A stretch of 19,623 nt of DNA from a virus (IMGVR_UViG_2681813223_000024), one strand, 5' to 3'; shown: positions 7,034-16,838, counted from the stretch's first letter. Notes: generated from the sequence alone by a model not told the origin. Made by a program: numbers and translations.

Positions 7034-7297
7034 TTAACCCGCAGTGCTTTCAACTGATGAGGGGAACAAAATCTTTTCATCAAACCCTGCATTCATATCA
7101 TGAACAGCAACACACCAATCCATCGACGAACGATTATCAAGAGCCTCCATGATTTCATCCATGCGGCGTAGGTCATACAGGTAAATGCTTTTATCGCCAA
7201 TGGTGTAAAAGCCAATTTTTTTCGGTGATGGACAGCGATCAAGAACTTCCTGTAATTCGTTCAACCATGCCCGTTCTTTTTTTGTCAAAGTTGCCAT
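7034..7297 (-). CDS. Hypothetical prophage protein (87 aa)
   Basis: Internal ATG at 7297 preceded by AAGGAAA; protein MATLTKKERAWLNELQEVLDRCPSPKK...; co-oriented with the replication operon. Confidence 0.6.
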   Translation of the reverse strand: MATLTKKERAWLNELQEVLDRCPSPKKIGFYTIGDKSIYLYDLRRMDEIMEALDNRSSMDWCVAVHDMNAGFDEKILFPSSVESTAG

Positions 7298-7548
7298 ATC
7301 AGTTTTCCTTATACGGATTAATTTTATTGTGCAGTGTGTTGAATGACGCCCATACCACGTCGTTATACAATTCAATAACTGGCTCAATTATTTTTCCGAT
7401 TATCCAGACTAGGATTAACGGGGATATCGGTATCATCAACACGATAAACAGAATGAGAAACAGAAATTCTGTTGTTCTACTCTTTCGCGGATATTTTTTC
7501 TAAATAATGTGACCATTCATTACCGCCCTTTCGGGCGGCCTCCTGACA

Positions 7549-7761
7549 TTAATCGTTGTGATAACTCATAGCTTCATTTGCAGCATCAACTGGATCAACC
7601 TCCCTCCAGCAATAATTTGGGTCGGCTCCTTCAGGCGTCCACGGTTCTAATTCATTTTTTGCCGCATTCTCATCGCCAGTAATTTTAAAAATCTGCTCAG
7701 AGAATTTTCTTGCCCACTCGTTATATTTTTCCGCATTAATGGCTTTCTGTGTATTTAACAT
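7549..7761 (-). CDS. Hypothetical prophage protein (70 aa)
   Basis: ATG preceded by GGAGG on the minus strand; a GC-rich hairpin lies just past the stop. Confidence 0.6.
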   Translation of the reverse strand: MLNTQKAINAEKYNEWARKFSEQIFKITGDENAAKNELEPWTPEGADPNYCWREVDPVDAANEAMSYHND

Positions 7762-7866
7762 AAATATACCTCCAGTTAAGGATTAAATTTTATTTACAGT
7801 GCTGAACTTAATTATTCAGATTTGGATTATGCTTTCTCTTCACGAAGTTCCGATTGTTAATTTGGC

Positions 7867-8289
7867 TCACAACAGCACCTTCTGAAAATTACCCTGATAG
7901 AAAGCCAGTACACGCTGCATAGCTTCGCTCTTCCGGCACTCGCTACAGATTATGTTCAGACGCCTGTCGTAGCGGCGTATTTCTCCGTCTGGTAATGACC
8001 AGATAAGATCCGGATCAACCACAACCGGTTTCTTCACCTTTGCCCTTGATAGTTTTTTGCGGGCGTTTTGCCAGTCTTTACGCGCCTGCTCAGACGGGAA
8101 TAATCCGTAGCCTGAATTGTAAACATCACCACTGGCGACCAGTTCTCTGGCGAGAGTGCTTATGTAATACCTTGATGCACCGGTTTTAGCCTCCAGAGCC
8201 CGTAACGTCTCGCGACCGCTCAGACGTACAAGTTCAACAACCTGCCCTTTAATTTTTTCCCGCTCTTCTGGTGTAAATACTTTTGCCAT
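7867..8289 (-). CDS. Hypothetical prophage protein (140 aa)
   Basis: Start taken at MAKVF (ATG 8289) with GGAGG 5 nt upstream. The longer track ORF begins inside that SD and is rejected. Confidence 0.65.
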   Translation of the reverse strand: MAKVFTPEEREKIKGQVVELVRLSGRETLRALEAKTGASRYYISTLARELVASGDVYNSGYGLFPSEQARKDWQNARKKLSRAKVKKPVVVDPDLIWSLPDGEIRRYDRRLNIICSECRKSEAMQRVLAFYQGNFQKVLL

Positions 8290-8304
8290 AGGTGCCTCCG
8301 GCAA

Positions 8305-9066
8305 TCACTTTTCCGACACAATACGACTGGAGGAATCGAAAATCTGTCGAACAATATCCCGGTGCTTGTTCAGCTCCCGCAGCGCGGCGCAGACTCGCTC
8401 CCACTTCTGGACATGATTTTTCGCCCGACGCAGTTCGCGGTTTGCCATATGCAGCGATGGTAAAACCAGGTCATCCGCTCGCGTTTCAGTAAACGATGGC
8501 AGCGACTGCACAATGTCCGCCACCGTTTCTGTTTTAATATCTTCCTGTGTTGCAGCCTCCTGTACTGGTAACGCAACACCTGTGGGCTGAGGAAAGGCCT
8601 TACCATCAGTTTCCGCTACCGATGCTGCTTTCGGCTCTGCTGGTAAATTATCGCCCGGTATGCAGTAACGAAATTTACCGTTCTGGTTTACGCGAATCAG
8701 GCGTCCTTTGCTGATAGCCATTGCCAGCGTTGAAGCTACTTTGCGTGATGTGGTACCGAACAATGTAGCCAACTCATCCGCCGTTTGTGGGCCACGTTGT
8801 TCAATCGTCGCGGTTAAATCGCACTCTGAGATTTTCGCTACTGTTGCCATGGTGGTTTCTTCCGGCAGCTCTGCCGGCGCTGGCTGTTCCTGCTGAACGT
8901 TGTTATCAGCCACGCGCCAGGTGTATACGCTTTTATCAACGAAGCCAGCCTTTTTCAGTTCCCACAGCTCGTTCAGCACTTCTTCTCGACTGATATCAAG
9001 TCGCGTAGCCAGTTCTACCGACGTGGCTTTTCCCATCGCTTTCAGTGCGTCAAAAACGGTCTCCAT
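8305..9066 (-). CDS. YdaW-like prophage protein with probable N-terminal winged-helix DNA-binding domain (possibly DUF1627), 253 aa
   Basis: Start at [43 protein letters not shown] (ATG 9066) with GGAGG 8 nt upstream. Position downstream of the DnaC-like gene matches ydaW in Rac; family name is from memory. Confidence 0.6.
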   Translation of the reverse strand: METVFDALKAMGKATSVELATRLDISREEVLNELWELKKAGFVDKSVYTWRVADNNVQQEQPAPAELPEETTMATVAKISECDLTATIEQRGPQTADELATLFGTTSRKVASTLAMAISKGRLIRVNQNGKFRYCIPGDNLPAEPKAASVAETDGKAFPQPTGVALPVQEAATQEDIKTETVADIVQSLPSFTETRADDLVLPSLHMANRELRRAKNHVQKWERVCAALRELNKHRDIVRQIFDSSSRIVSEK

Positions 9067-9088
9067 TAAAATTTCCTCCCGGTAAAAA

Positions 9089-9835
9089 TTACTTCTCAAT
9101 ACCTGGCTGACCAACATTCGGGCGCCAGCTCTCCCAGTTAAAATTCACCCAGCGCCCGCCGTTCATGGTCATGCGATCCATAATCCGCTCGCCGAGCAAT
9201 GTTTTCATGGCCTCATAGTTCAGGTTTGTCAGCATCCCCACGCTGCGCATTGACGCTGTCCGGCGATCAACAATCTGGTGCAGTACCACCTGCTCGTTTT
9301 TCGTCTCGCGCTGAATACCAATTTCATCAAGAACCAGCAGATCAACTTCGCACAGTTCCCGCAAAAATTTTTCGCCTGACTGCCCGTCGTCATAGCTGGC
9401 GTGCAGGGCGCTCATAACATCAGCCACGGTAACCACAATCACTGTCTGGCCATCTTTCAGCAGGCGATTCCCGATAGCCGCCGCCAGATGGTTTTTTCCG
9501 GTACCAGGTTTTCCGCTGAACGCGAAATTTGTGCATCCGGTAACCAGTTCGTCAGCGATAGATTTCGCCTGACTCAACGCGTATCGCTGGCCGTCGTTCT
9601 GCACCTGGTAATTCGCAAACGAGCATTTGCGGTGCAACGGCTGTATGCCGGAGCGATTCAGGATTTTTTCCACCCGCAACTGACGATTCTGACGGTTGAT
9701 CTCCTCACAACGTTTCTGGCCTTCTGCAAGTTGCCACTCGCGCCACTCCGCCACCGTCCTGAATGGCGCGGTTACATGTGGCGGGGCCAGTCTGCGGATA
9801 CGTTCCAGAACGCCGCCTGTCGCAATATTTTTCAT
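9089..9835 (-). CDS. ydaV: DnaC-like replication helicase-loader ATPase (P-like), 248 aa
   Basis: Walker [11 protein letters not shown] and Walker B LLVLDEIG present; GGGGGT SD upstream; immediately downstream of the O-like gene. Confidence 0.8.
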   Translation of the reverse strand: MKNIATGGVLERIRRLAPPHVTAPFRTVAEWREWQLAEGQKRCEEINRQNRQLRVEKILNRSGIQPLHRKCSFANYQVQNDGQRYALSQAKSIADELVTGCTNFAFSGKPGTGKNHLAAAIGNRLLKDGQTVIVVTVADVMSALHASYDDGQSGEKFLRELCEVDLLVLDEIGIQRETKNEQVVLHQIVDRRTASMRSVGMLTNLNYEAMKTLLGERIMDRMTMNGGRWVNFNWESWRPNVGQPGIEK

Positions 9836-9841
9836 GGTCTG

Positions 9842-10630
9842 TTACCCCCTGAAGCCTGGCGGGATCGCACTGTCCGGAAACGAGACGGTGTTAATCTGTC
9901 GGAGCAACGTCTCTGGCCGAACACCTTTCGGCGCGAACAAGCCCTGGTATTCATTGGCGATGCTGTGTCGAATCACCTGCTCAGGTGAAAAACCCTGCTG
10001 GCGGAATTTTTCCAGCTCCCGTATCGCCCCGTTAGCGCCCTGCTCCGTTCGAATCGGTTTTCGCAATGCCTGCCTGAACTGAACCCACTCATGCCAGAGT
10101 GTTTCCGGCAACCAGTCAGGCAGCTCGATAGCCTCCGGTTCGAATTTTTTAGACGCTCGTTTTTGGCGAGGGGGATTTAGGGGGAGATAAGTATTTATAT
10201 CTTCCTCTTTCTCTTCCTCTGGTAACGCTTTTTGATCCGTTTTTGTAACGCTGGCAGCGTTACCTTTTCGTTTCAGTTCTCGTATTTTTGTTACTCTCTC
10301 GTTTGTAACCGCCCGTTTTTTAGAGCTTTTCCCGTTATGGCGCTCAAAGTTAGGAAGCGACAACACACCATTAGTTTCGACCAGCCATCCAACCTGAATT
10401 AACGCATCAGCAAAACCAGCCATAAAAGTGATGCGATCTATTGCACTTTTTGTAACGCCGCGAGCGTTACACTCTGCGTTACCGTCTATCATTTGTTGAT
10501 CCGCCCATGCCCAGAAGCGAATGACTTTCCCTAATGCGGCATCTGGATCAATATTCAGAATCTCAGCAAGCCTGAATATTTCCGGCTTATCCGGCGTAAT
10601 AACTTCGAGCTTTATCCAGTTTGAAGCCAT
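9842..10630 (-). CDS. ydaU: Replication initiation O-like protein (262 aa)
   Basis: Position between the YdaT gene and the DnaC-like gene; N-terminus MASNWIKLEVITPDKPEIFRLAEIL matches my recollection of Rac YdaU. Contains two of the three iteron-like palindromes. Confidence 0.7.
   Translation of the reverse strand: MASNWIKLEVITPDKPEIFRLAEILNIDPDAALGKVIRFWAWADQQMIDGNAECNARGVTKSAIDRITFMAGFADALIQVGWLVETNGVLSLPNFERHNGKSSKKRAVTNERVTKIRELKRKGNAASVTKTDQKALPEEEKEEDINTYLPLNPPRQKRASKKFEPEAIELPDWLPETLWHEWVQFRQALRKPIRTEQGANGAIRELEKFRQQGFSPEQVIRHSIANEYQGLFAPKGVRPETLLRQINTVSFPDSAIPPGFRG
10245..10263. repeat. Iteron-like palindrome copy A (GTAACGCT-GGC-AGCGTTAC)
   Basis: One of three copies of TGTAACGC-N-GCGTTAC(A) spaced about 200 bp apart; this copy is inside the ydaU-like coding region. 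Confidence 0.5.
10452..10470. repeat. Iteron-like palindrome copy B (GTAACGC-CGCGA-GCGTTAC)
   Basis: Second copy, inside the ydaU-like coding region. Confidence 0.5.
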
Positions 10631-10642
10631 TTGTTTTCACCT

Positions 10643-10663
10643 TGTAACGCTCGCAGCGTTACA
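10643..10663. repeat. Iteron-like palindrome copy C (TGTAACGCT-CGC-AGCGTTACA, perfect 9-bp arms)
   Basis: Third copy, in the ydaT/ydaU intergenic region. A second perfect inverted repeat TACCGAAC-aaaaca-GTTCGGTA follows at 10673..10694. Confidence 0.5.
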
Positions 10664-10707
10664 TTTAACTGATACCGAACAAAACAGTTCGGTACGATTA
10701 ATTTCAA

Positions 10708-11130
10708 TCAATGCACTACGACAGAATCGCTAGGAGAACCGCCGCCGCTGAAATGTGCTTTACGGTAAACGGCCTGGACTGCATCATCATGCGCATCAAT
10801 TGCCGTACTCAGTGCATCCTGTGCCGCCAGTAATGCACGGCGTTCCAGGGTATCGAAGATGCAGAGTCGGTGACGCAGCTCGCGAGGAAGAATTGCCAGA
10901 ACCGCAGGGATCAGTTTCTGAATTTTTTCCCTTTGCGCATTCGTTTCACCTTTCAACCAACGATGATAGATATTCTGCTGATTGTTCCAGTCCTTGCCTG
11001 GTACCAGGGGCAATTCGCCGCCCCCCTGGCGCAGATATTCTTCAGTAATTGCGTTAGCGACCCACGCCTGCCCTTTTTCGGCTGCCAGGGCTAACAACAC
11101 TGATTCGATGTGCTCATGCTTGATTTTCAT
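10708..11130 (-). CDS. ydaT: YdaT-like protein of the cro-ydaT early-right operon (140 aa)
   Basis: Protein MKIKHEHIESVLLALAAEKGQAWVANAITEEYLRQGG... matches my recollection of Rac YdaT; its start overlaps the Cro-like stop as ATGA. Confidence 0.75.
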   Translation of the reverse strand: MKIKHEHIESVLLALAAEKGQAWVANAITEEYLRQGGGELPLVPGKDWNNQQNIYHRWLKGETNAQREKIQKLIPAVLAILPRELRHRLCIFDTLERRALLAAQDALSTAIDAHDDAVQAVYRKAHFSGGGSPSDSVVVH

Positions 11131-11381
11131 GAATCAACTCCCATCAGCTTTTTCGTAGTAGTTTTATTTCTGCCAATAGTTAAAATTGCATCGGCAGAAA
11201 ATAATCCGTTTGATGCATGAGCGATTTTTTCAGCGTAATTTGTTTCGCCGGTATATTCTGTGCGAGGCAATTTACCGTTATCCATCCATTTGTAGATTGC
11301 TCTTTGGCTGACACCACAAACGTCGGCCACAACAGAAACGCGAACAGTTTTGATTACATCTTCAAGTGTTTTCTGGTTCAT
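11127..11381 (-). CDS. Cro/YdaS-like HTH regulator (84 aa)
   Basis: Internal start at MNQKTLEDV (ATG 11381) with GAGGG 5-6 nt upstream; HTH-like segment VSVVADVCGVSQRAIYKWM; divergent from the CI-like gene. Confidence 0.65.
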   Translation of the reverse strand: MNQKTLEDVIKTVRVSVVADVCGVSQRAIYKWMDNGKLPRTEYTGETNYAEKIAHASNGLFSADAILTIGRNKTTTKKLMGVDS

Positions 11382-11460
11382 ATCACCCTCACAATGTGAA
11401 CTTTGAGTACATGCTATAACAGAACTGACAGTACATTCAAGAGCGAATATCATTGAACTT
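11382..11460. promoter_or_regulatory. Divergent immunity-region control region (OR-like) between the cro-like and CI-like genes
   Basis: 79-bp intergenic region with two AGTACAT motifs (11406..11412 and 11430..11437) and two TGAACTT motifs (11398..11404, 11454..11460). The CI-like ATG has no SD, consistent with a leaderless transcript. Confidence 0.45.
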
Positions 11461-11880
11461 ATGGTTCATGAAGATAAAGCGCGTAAAGAGTTCGCCAGTA
11501 GGCTTGCGCTAGCCTGTGAAAACGCTGGTTATGAACAACATGGAAGGCAGGCAGAAATTGCCCGTCGAATGAAATTAACACCAAAAGCGGTTAGCAAATG
11601 GTTTAATGGTGAAACAATTCCTCGCCGAGAGAAATTAAGGGAATTAGCAACACTCATTGGAACAACACCAACCTATCTTTTGGGAGAGGATACAGAAGAA
11701 AGTGGACAGATACGTTTCTATCAGGAGTTAAATCCAAGACAAAAAATCATCATTGACCTTCTGGACGAGCTCCCTGACAGTGAGACAGATGAACTTTTAA
11801 AAACTCTTGAGGAGAAAAAACAGAAGTACAATGCAATTTACGAAGAGTTAGCACGAAAGAAAAAACAAAAAGCCTCTTAA
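11461..11880 (+). CDS. XRE-family HTH repressor, CI/RacR-like (139 aa)
   Basis: HTH segment RQAEIARRMKLTPKAVSKWFNGETIP; divergent from the Cro-like gene and co-oriented with the early-left operon. Confidence 0.7.
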   Translation: MVHEDKARKEFASRLALACENAGYEQHGRQAEIARRMKLTPKAVSKWFNGETIPRREKLRELATLIGTTPTYLLGEDTEESGQIRFYQELNPRQKIIIDLLDELPDSETDELLKTLEEKKQKYNAIYEELARKKKQKAS

Positions 11881-11957
11881 ACCAGCATAAATCCGGTAGC
11901 GTCCCCCTCCGGGTTTGTGCTTCACTTTATCCCGTCTCATTTTTTTATACATAAAAT

Positions 11958-11999
11958 GTACTTAAAGTACTTTACAATGATGAACACAAAGTACATTAT
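11958..11999 (+). promoter_or_regulatory. OL-like operator/promoter region downstream of the CI-like gene
   Basis: Contains GTACTT, the perfect palindrome AAAGTACTTT (11964..11973) and AAAGTACATT (11988..11997), sharing the AGTACAT core seen in the OR-like region. TTTACA at 11971..11976 with a weak -10 about 17 nt downstream. Confidence 0.35.
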
Positions 12000-12167
12000 A
12001 TACCTACCAACCCACCCCGCCCCACAGAACGCCGGGCAATACTTCGAGTTACCAGGCAGTGGTCAGGGGTTAAGTAGCCAGCCCGAGGCGTATGAACATG
12101 ACGGCGGGATTCAAATTTTGCAGTGCAGCAGTTAGTTCCGCCACCCGGCGTTAAGGGGATAGATAAG

Positions 12168-12302
12168 ATGGTGCATTACGAAGTAGTTCAGTATTTGATG
12201 GATTGTTGCGGTATCACTTACAACCAGGCTGTGCAGGCTTTACGCAGCAACGACTGGGATCTCTGGCAGGCAGAAGTCGCTATACGTAGCAACAAGATGT
12301 GA
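12168..12302 (+). CDS. ydaG: Small Rac-type protein (44 aa, MVHYEVVQYLMDCCGITYNQAVQALRSNDWDLWQAEVAIRSNKM)
   Basis: ATG preceded by AAGGGGA; sequence matches my recollection of Rac YdaG; below the ORF-track cutoff. Confidence 0.55.
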   Translation: MVHYEVVQYLMDCCGITYNQAVQALRSNDWDLWQAEVAIRSNKM

Positions 12303-12312
12303 GATTCGCAAA

Positions 12313-12468
12313 ATGCAAAAAATCGACCTCGGCAACAACGAATCCCTGGTGTGCGGCGTGTTCCCCAACCAGGATGGAACGTTCACTGCCATGACGTATA
12401 CCAAAAGCAAAACATTTAAAACCGAAACTGGTGCGCGCCGATGGTTGGAGAAGCACACAGTAAGCTAA
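12313..12468 (+). CDS. ydaF: Small Rac-type protein (51 aa, MQKIDLGNNESLVCGVFPNQDGTFTAMTYTKSKTFKTETGARRWLEKHTVS)
   Basis: ATG 10 nt after the ydaG stop; 3' end overlaps the sieB 3' end by 4 nt on the opposite strand; recalled as Rac YdaF. Confidence 0.55.
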   Translation: MQKIDLGNNESLVCGVFPNQDGTFTAMTYTKSKTFKTETGARRWLEKHTVS

Positions 12469-12953
12469 CGATTAAAACGTCTACTCCTGCTGTTCCAGAA
12501 TAACTTCATAAAATGGGAGTATTTTTCGGTGACGAGATAATAAGAACAGTTTGCGCTATCACTCTGATGTTGAATGATGCCCTTCCGTTCTAATTTTTTC
12601 ATAACCGGGTTACGGCAAGGAGAAGTGATAATAAGATTTCCTGTTTTAAGGAAATCTTTAAATACAGCGATTTCTTTCTCAGATAAACGAAGCAATACTC
12701 GTTGCTCTGGTAGTAATGAATAATGCTTTTGAATATGTGCTCGCAATCTTGAGAAGGAAATGGCGACCACGAAAGAAAAGGCAAAAACGATAATCTGAAA
12801 GAGCCAAGGTATTTCAGTATAAGCATTGAATGCGACAGTAAACTCTTTCGGTATCAGCCAGAGAGTGAGACCAAAAATGATAATCGTATACATAAGTCTT
12901 TCGAGTGGCTCGTTAGCAAAAAGTTTCAACAATGGAGTAAATACATCCAACAT
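12465..12953 (-). CDS. sieB: Superinfection exclusion protein B (162 aa)
   Basis: Start at MLDVFTPLLKLFANEPLERLMYTIIIFGLTLWLIP (ATG 12953) with GAGAG 8 nt upstream; hydrophobic N-terminal half; opposite orientation to the early-left operon, as in lambda and Rac. Confidence 0.8.
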   Translation of the reverse strand: MLDVFTPLLKLFANEPLERLMYTIIIFGLTLWLIPKEFTVAFNAYTEIPWLFQIIVFAFSFVVAISFSRLRAHIQKHYSLLPEQRVLLRLSEKEIAVFKDFLKTGNLIITSPCRNPVMKKLERKGIIQHQSDSANCSYYLVTEKYSHFMKLFWNSRSRRFNR

Positions 12954-13171
12954 ATCAATAACTCTCAACTGTAAGGGTATTGAAATGTTAACACAAGCTC
13001 TCGCTGTAGGGGTATAGCCGAGACCACCGAAGCCCGGAGGTGGTGAAATAAAACCGGGCACAACACGAAGGCGCATTTCCGATATCCATAAAGAGTCGGT
13101 CTTGTCTGTTAAATTTAAATGGTGGGAGTGCGCCTCCGGTTGTAAATAACGACATTGCTGTGTGTAGTCCT

Positions 13172-13220
13172 GGCGGCATCAGTTTTTTTCTTGAAGTTCG
13201 GCTGATGTCCGCCCTTTTTA
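13172..13220 (+). terminator. Terminator-like hairpin between sieB and kilR (tL-like candidate)
   Basis: GGCGGCATCAG, about 19-nt loop, CTGATGTCCGCC, then CTTTTTA. Stem of 11 bp with one bulge; the large loop lowers confidence. Confidence 0.3.
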
Positions 13221-13394
13221 AAGTGAATTTTGTGATGCGATGAATGCGGCTAAGCGCACGTGGCACAGTTAAAAGTCATGTTAGTCCTTATTGGTTTGGG
13301 TGGGAAAGCCGACTGTAATTGTTAACTGGTTGCAGTCACCTGGAGGCACCAGGCACCGCATCAACAAAGTTCATTTGTAAAAATGGAGATAATT

Positions 13395-13616
13395 ATGATT
13401 GCACATCACTTCGGAACTGATGAAATACCACGTCAGTGTGTGACTCCTGGCGATTATGTTCTTCATGAAGGCCGGACATATATTGCCTCGGCAAACAATA
13501 TTAAAAAGCGAAAACTATATATTCGTAACCTGACCACAAAAACATGCATTACTGACCGCATGATTAAAGTCTTCCTCGGTCGTGATGGTTTACCTGTAAA
13601 GGCGGAGTCATGGTGA
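13395..13616 (+). CDS. kilR: Rac-type killing protein KilR (FtsZ-directed division inhibitor in K-12), 73 aa
   Basis: Start at [32 protein letters not shown] with GGAG 6 nt upstream; sequence matches recalled KilR. Confidence 0.8.
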   Translation: MIAHHFGTDEIPRQCVTPGDYVLHEGRTYIASANNIKKRKLYIRNLTTKTCITDRMIKVFLGRDGLPVKAESW

Positions 13617-13786
13617 TGACTAAGAAAATAAAATGTGCTTACCACCTTTGCAAAAAAGACGTTGAAGAAAGCAAAGCTATTGAAAGAATGCTTCACTTCA
13701 TGCACGGGATTTTATCAAAAGACGAACCGAGAAAATATTGCAGTGAAGCTTGTGCCGAAAAAGACCAGATGGCACATGAACTTTAA
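13616..13786 (+). CDS. ydaE: Small four-cysteine zinc-ribbon-like protein (56 aa)
   Basis: ATG overlaps the kilR stop as ATGA; [14 protein letters not shown]...YCSEACAEK has two Cys pairs; recalled as Rac YdaE; below the ORF-track cutoff. Confidence 0.6.
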   Translation: MTKKIKCAYHLCKKDVEESKAIERMLHFMHGILSKDEPRKYCSEACAEKDQMAHEL

Positions 13787-13860
13787 TTAATTGACTATTC
13801 GAAACTGAATTTATGCCAGAAATGGCAGGTATTCGCTCAACCTTAATTAAGGAGAAAAAC

Positions 13861-14136
13861 ATGATTACCAATTATGAAGCCACTGTTGTAACTACCGATG
13901 ACATTGTTCACGAGGTGAATCTGGAAGGAAAGCGCATTGGCTACGTAATTAAAACAGAAAATAAAGAAACCCCATTCACTGTGGTTGATATCGATGGTCC
14001 ATCAGGCAACGTAAAAACACTTGATGAAGGTGTCAAAAAAATGTGCCTGGTGCATATCGGAAAGAATCTGCCCACAGAAAAAAAAGCCGAATTTCTGGCA
14101 ACTCTAATTGCAATGAAATTAAAAGGTGAAATCTGA
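13861..14136 (+). CDS. racC: RacC protein (91 aa)
   Basis: Start at MITNYEATVVTTDD with AGGAG 7 nt upstream; matches recalled RacC. Confidence 0.8.
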   Translation: MITNYEATVVTTDDIVHEVNLEGKRIGYVIKTENKETPFTVVDIDGPSGNVKTLDEGVKKMCLVHIGKNLPTEKKAEFLATLIAMKLKGEI

Positions 14137-14237
14137 AAGAAATAGCCTGCGTATGGCGCAGGCTATGAACAGTGTGTATCCGGCAAGATCATTCACTGAA
14201 CAAAACGAATTTTAATCTGAGTTGAGGTTAAAAAACA

Positions 14238-16838
14238 ATGAGCACAAAACCACTCTTCCTGTTACGGAAAGCGAAAAAATCATCCGGTGAACCTGACGTC
14301 GTCCTGTGGGCAAGCAACGATTTTGAATCGACCTGTGCCACTCTGGACTACCTGATCGTTAAGTCAGGTAAAAAACTGAGCAGCTATTTTAAAGCTGTTG
14401 CCACGAATTTTCCTGTCGTTAATGACCTGCCCGCTGAAGGTGAGATCGATTTTACCTGGAGTGAACGCTATCAACTCAGCAAAGACTCCATGACATGGGA
14501 ACTAAAACCGGGAGCAGCACCAGACAACGCTCACTATCAAGGCAATACCAACGTCAACGGCGAAGACATGACTGAGATTGAGGAGAATATGCTACTCCCA
14601 ATTTCTGGCCAGGAACTGCCCATTCGTTGGCTTGCTCAACACGGCAGCGAAAAACCGGTAACGCACGTTTCACGCGACGGACTCCAGGCATTACACATTG
14701 CTCGGGCTGAAGAACTACCGGCTGTTACTGCCCTGGCTGTTTCCCACAAAACCAGCCTGCTCGACCCGCTGGAAATTCGCGAACTCCACAAACTGGTTCG
14801 TGACACTGACAAAGTTTTCCCTAATCCTGGTAATTCAAACCTGGGACTGATAACTGCTTTTTTCGAAGCATACCTGAACGCTGACTACACCGATCGAGGA
14901 CTGCTGACAAAAGAGTGGATGAAGGGTAATCGTGTTTCACACATCACTCGCACGGCTTCCGGTGCTAATGCTGGCGGCGGAAACCTCACCGATCGCGGCG
15001 AAGGTTTCGTACACGATCTGACGTCACTGGCGCGCGACGTAGCCACTGGCGTACTGGCCCGTTCAATGGATCTGGACATCTATAACCTTCATCCGGCACA
15101 CGCTAAACGCATTGAGGAAATTATCGCTGAAAATAAACCGCCCTTTTCTGTTTTCCGCGACAAATTCATCACCATGCCTGGCGGGCTGGATTATTCCCGC
15201 GCCATCGTGGTTGCGTCCGTAAAAGAAGCACCAATTGGGATCGAGGTCATCCCCGCGCACGTCACTGAATATCTGAACAAAGTACTGACTGAAACCGATC
15301 ATGCCAACCCTGATCCGGAAATCGTGGATATTGCCTGCGGTCGCTCCTCTGCCCCGATGCCGCAGCGAGTAACAGAAGAAGGAAAACAGGATGATGAAGA
15401 AAAACCGCAACCATCTGGAACAACGGCAGTTGAACAGGGAGAGGCTGAAACAATGGAACCGGACGCAACTGAACATCATCAGGACACGCAGCCGCTGGAT
15501 GCTCAGTCACAGGTAAATTCTGTTGATGCGAAATATCAGGAACTGCGGGCAGAACTCCATGAAGCCCGGAAAAACATTCCATCAAAAAATCCTGTCGATG
15601 CCGATAAATTGCTTGCTGCATCACGTGGTGAATTTGTTGACGGAATTAGCGACCCGAACGATCCGAAATGGGTAAAGGGGATCCAGACTCGCGATTGTGT
15701 GTACCAGAACCAGCCAGAAACGGAAAAAACCAGCCCGGATATGAATCAACCTGAGCCAGTAGTGCAACAGGAACCGGAAATAGCCTGCAATGCCTGCGGC
15801 CAGACTGGCGGGGATAACTGCCCTGACTGTGGTGCGGTGATGGGCGACGCAACATACCAGGAAACATTCGATGAAGAGAGTCAGGTTGAAGCTAAGGAAA
15901 ATGATCCGGAGGAAATGGAAGGCGCTGAACATCCGCACAATGAGAATGCTGGCAGCGATCCGCATCGCGATTGCAGTGATGAAACTGGCGAAGTCGCAGA
16001 TCCCGTAATCGTAGAAGACATAGAGCCAGGTATTTATTACGGAATTTCGAATGAGAATTACCACGCGGGTCCCGGTGTCAGTAAGTCTCAGCTCGATGAC
16101 ATTGCTGATACTCCGGCACTGTATTTGTGGCGTAAAAATGCCCCCGTGGACACCACAAAGACAAAAACGCTCGATTTAGGAACCGCTTTCCACTGCCGGG
16201 TACTTGAGCCGGAAGAATTCAGTAACCGCTTTATCGTAGCACCTGAATTTAACCGCCGGACAAACTCCGGAAAAGAAGAAGAGAAAGCGTTTCTGAGGGA
16301 ATGCGCAAGCACAGGAAAAACGGTTATCACTGCCGAAGAAGGCCGGAAAATTGAACTCATGTATCAGAGCGTTATGGCTTTGCCGCTGGGGCAATGGCTT
16401 GTTGAAAGCGCCGGACACGCTGAATCATCAATTTACTGGGAAGATCCTGAAACAGCAATTTTGTGTCGGTGCCGTCCGGACAAAATTATCCCTGAATTTC
16501 ACTGGATCATGGACGTGAAAACTACGGCGGATATTCAACGATTCAAAACCGCTTATTACGACTACCGCTATCACGTTCAGGATGCATTCTACAGTGACGG
16601 TTATGAAGCACAGTTTGGAGTGCAGCCAACTTTCGTTTTTCTGGTTGCCAGCACAACTATTGAATGCGGACGTTATCCGGTTGAAATTTTCATGATGGGC
16701 GAAGAAGCAAAACTGGCAGGTCAGCTGGAATATCACCGCAATCTGCGAACCCTGGCTGACTGCCTCAATACCGATGAATGGCCAGCTATTAAGACGTTAT
16801 CACTGCCCCGCTGGGCTAAGGAATATGCAAATGACTAA
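14238..16838 (+). CDS. recE: Exodeoxyribonuclease VIII, full-length (866 aa)
   Basis: 866-aa ORF with an acidic low-complexity middle region and C-terminal nuclease domain, followed by an overlapping recT; matches recalled K-12 RecE length and N-terminus. Confidence 0.93.
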   Translation: MSTKPLFLLRKAKKSSGEPDVVLWASNDFESTCATLDYLIVKSGKKLSSYFKAVATNFPVVNDLPAEGEIDFTWSERYQLSKDSMTWELKPGAAPDNAHYQGNTNVNGEDMTEIEENMLLPISGQELPIRWLAQHGSEKPVTHVSRDGLQALHIARAEELPAVTALAVSHKTSLLDPLEIRELHKLVRDTDKVFPNPGNSNLGLITAFFEAYLNADYTDRGLLTKEWMKGNRVSHITRTASGANAGGGNLTDRGEGFVHDLTSLARDVATGVLARSMDLDIYNLHPAHAKRIEEIIAENKPPFSVFRDKFITMPGGLDYSRAIVVASVKEAPIGIEVIPAHVTEYLNKVLTETDHANPDPEIVDIACGRSSAPMPQRVTEEGKQDDEEKPQPSGTTAVEQGEAETMEPDATEHHQDTQPLDAQSQVNSVDAKYQELRAELHEARKNIPSKNPVDADKLLAASRGEFVDGISDPNDPKWVKGIQTRDCVYQNQPETEKTSPDMNQPEPVVQQEPEIACNACGQTGGDNCPDCGAVMGDATYQETFDEESQVEAKENDPEEMEGAEHPHNENAGSDPHRDCSDETGEVADPVIVEDIEPGIYYGISNENYHAGPGVSKSQLDDIADTPALYLWRKNAPVDTTKTKTLDLGTAFHCRVLEPEEFSNRFIVAPEFNRRTNSGKEEEKAFLRECASTGKTVITAEEGRKIELMYQSVMALPLGQWLVESAGHAESSIYWEDPETAILCRCRPDKIIPEFHWIMDVKTTADIQRFKTAYYDYRYHVQDAFYSDGYEAQFGVQPTFVFLVASTTIECGRYPVEIFMMGEEAKLAGQLEYHRNLRTLADCLNTDEWPAIKTLSLPRWAKEYAND

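Noticed and set aside
6634-7152. 172-aa plus-strand ORF
   Set aside because: Lies antisense to the well-initiated minus-strand genes (amber-split gene and neighbours), has no SD and gives an unconvincing low-complexity translation.
9401-10082. Plus-strand ORFs of 195 and 128 aa
   Set aside because: Antisense to the DnaC-like and O-like genes, which have clear motifs and signals on the minus strand.
10673-10694. TACCGAAC-aaaaca-GTTCGGTA hairpin as a terminator for ydaT
   Set aside because: No U-tract follows on the transcribed strand; more likely a protein-binding palindrome. It is noted under the iteron-region feature instead.
12988-13266. 92-aa minus-strand ORF
   Set aside because: Out of frame with and overlapping the sieB start region; no SD.
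15063-16064. Several minus-strand ORFs (138, 120, 147, 73 aa)
   Set aside because: All are antisense inside the strongly supported recE coding region and have no start signals.
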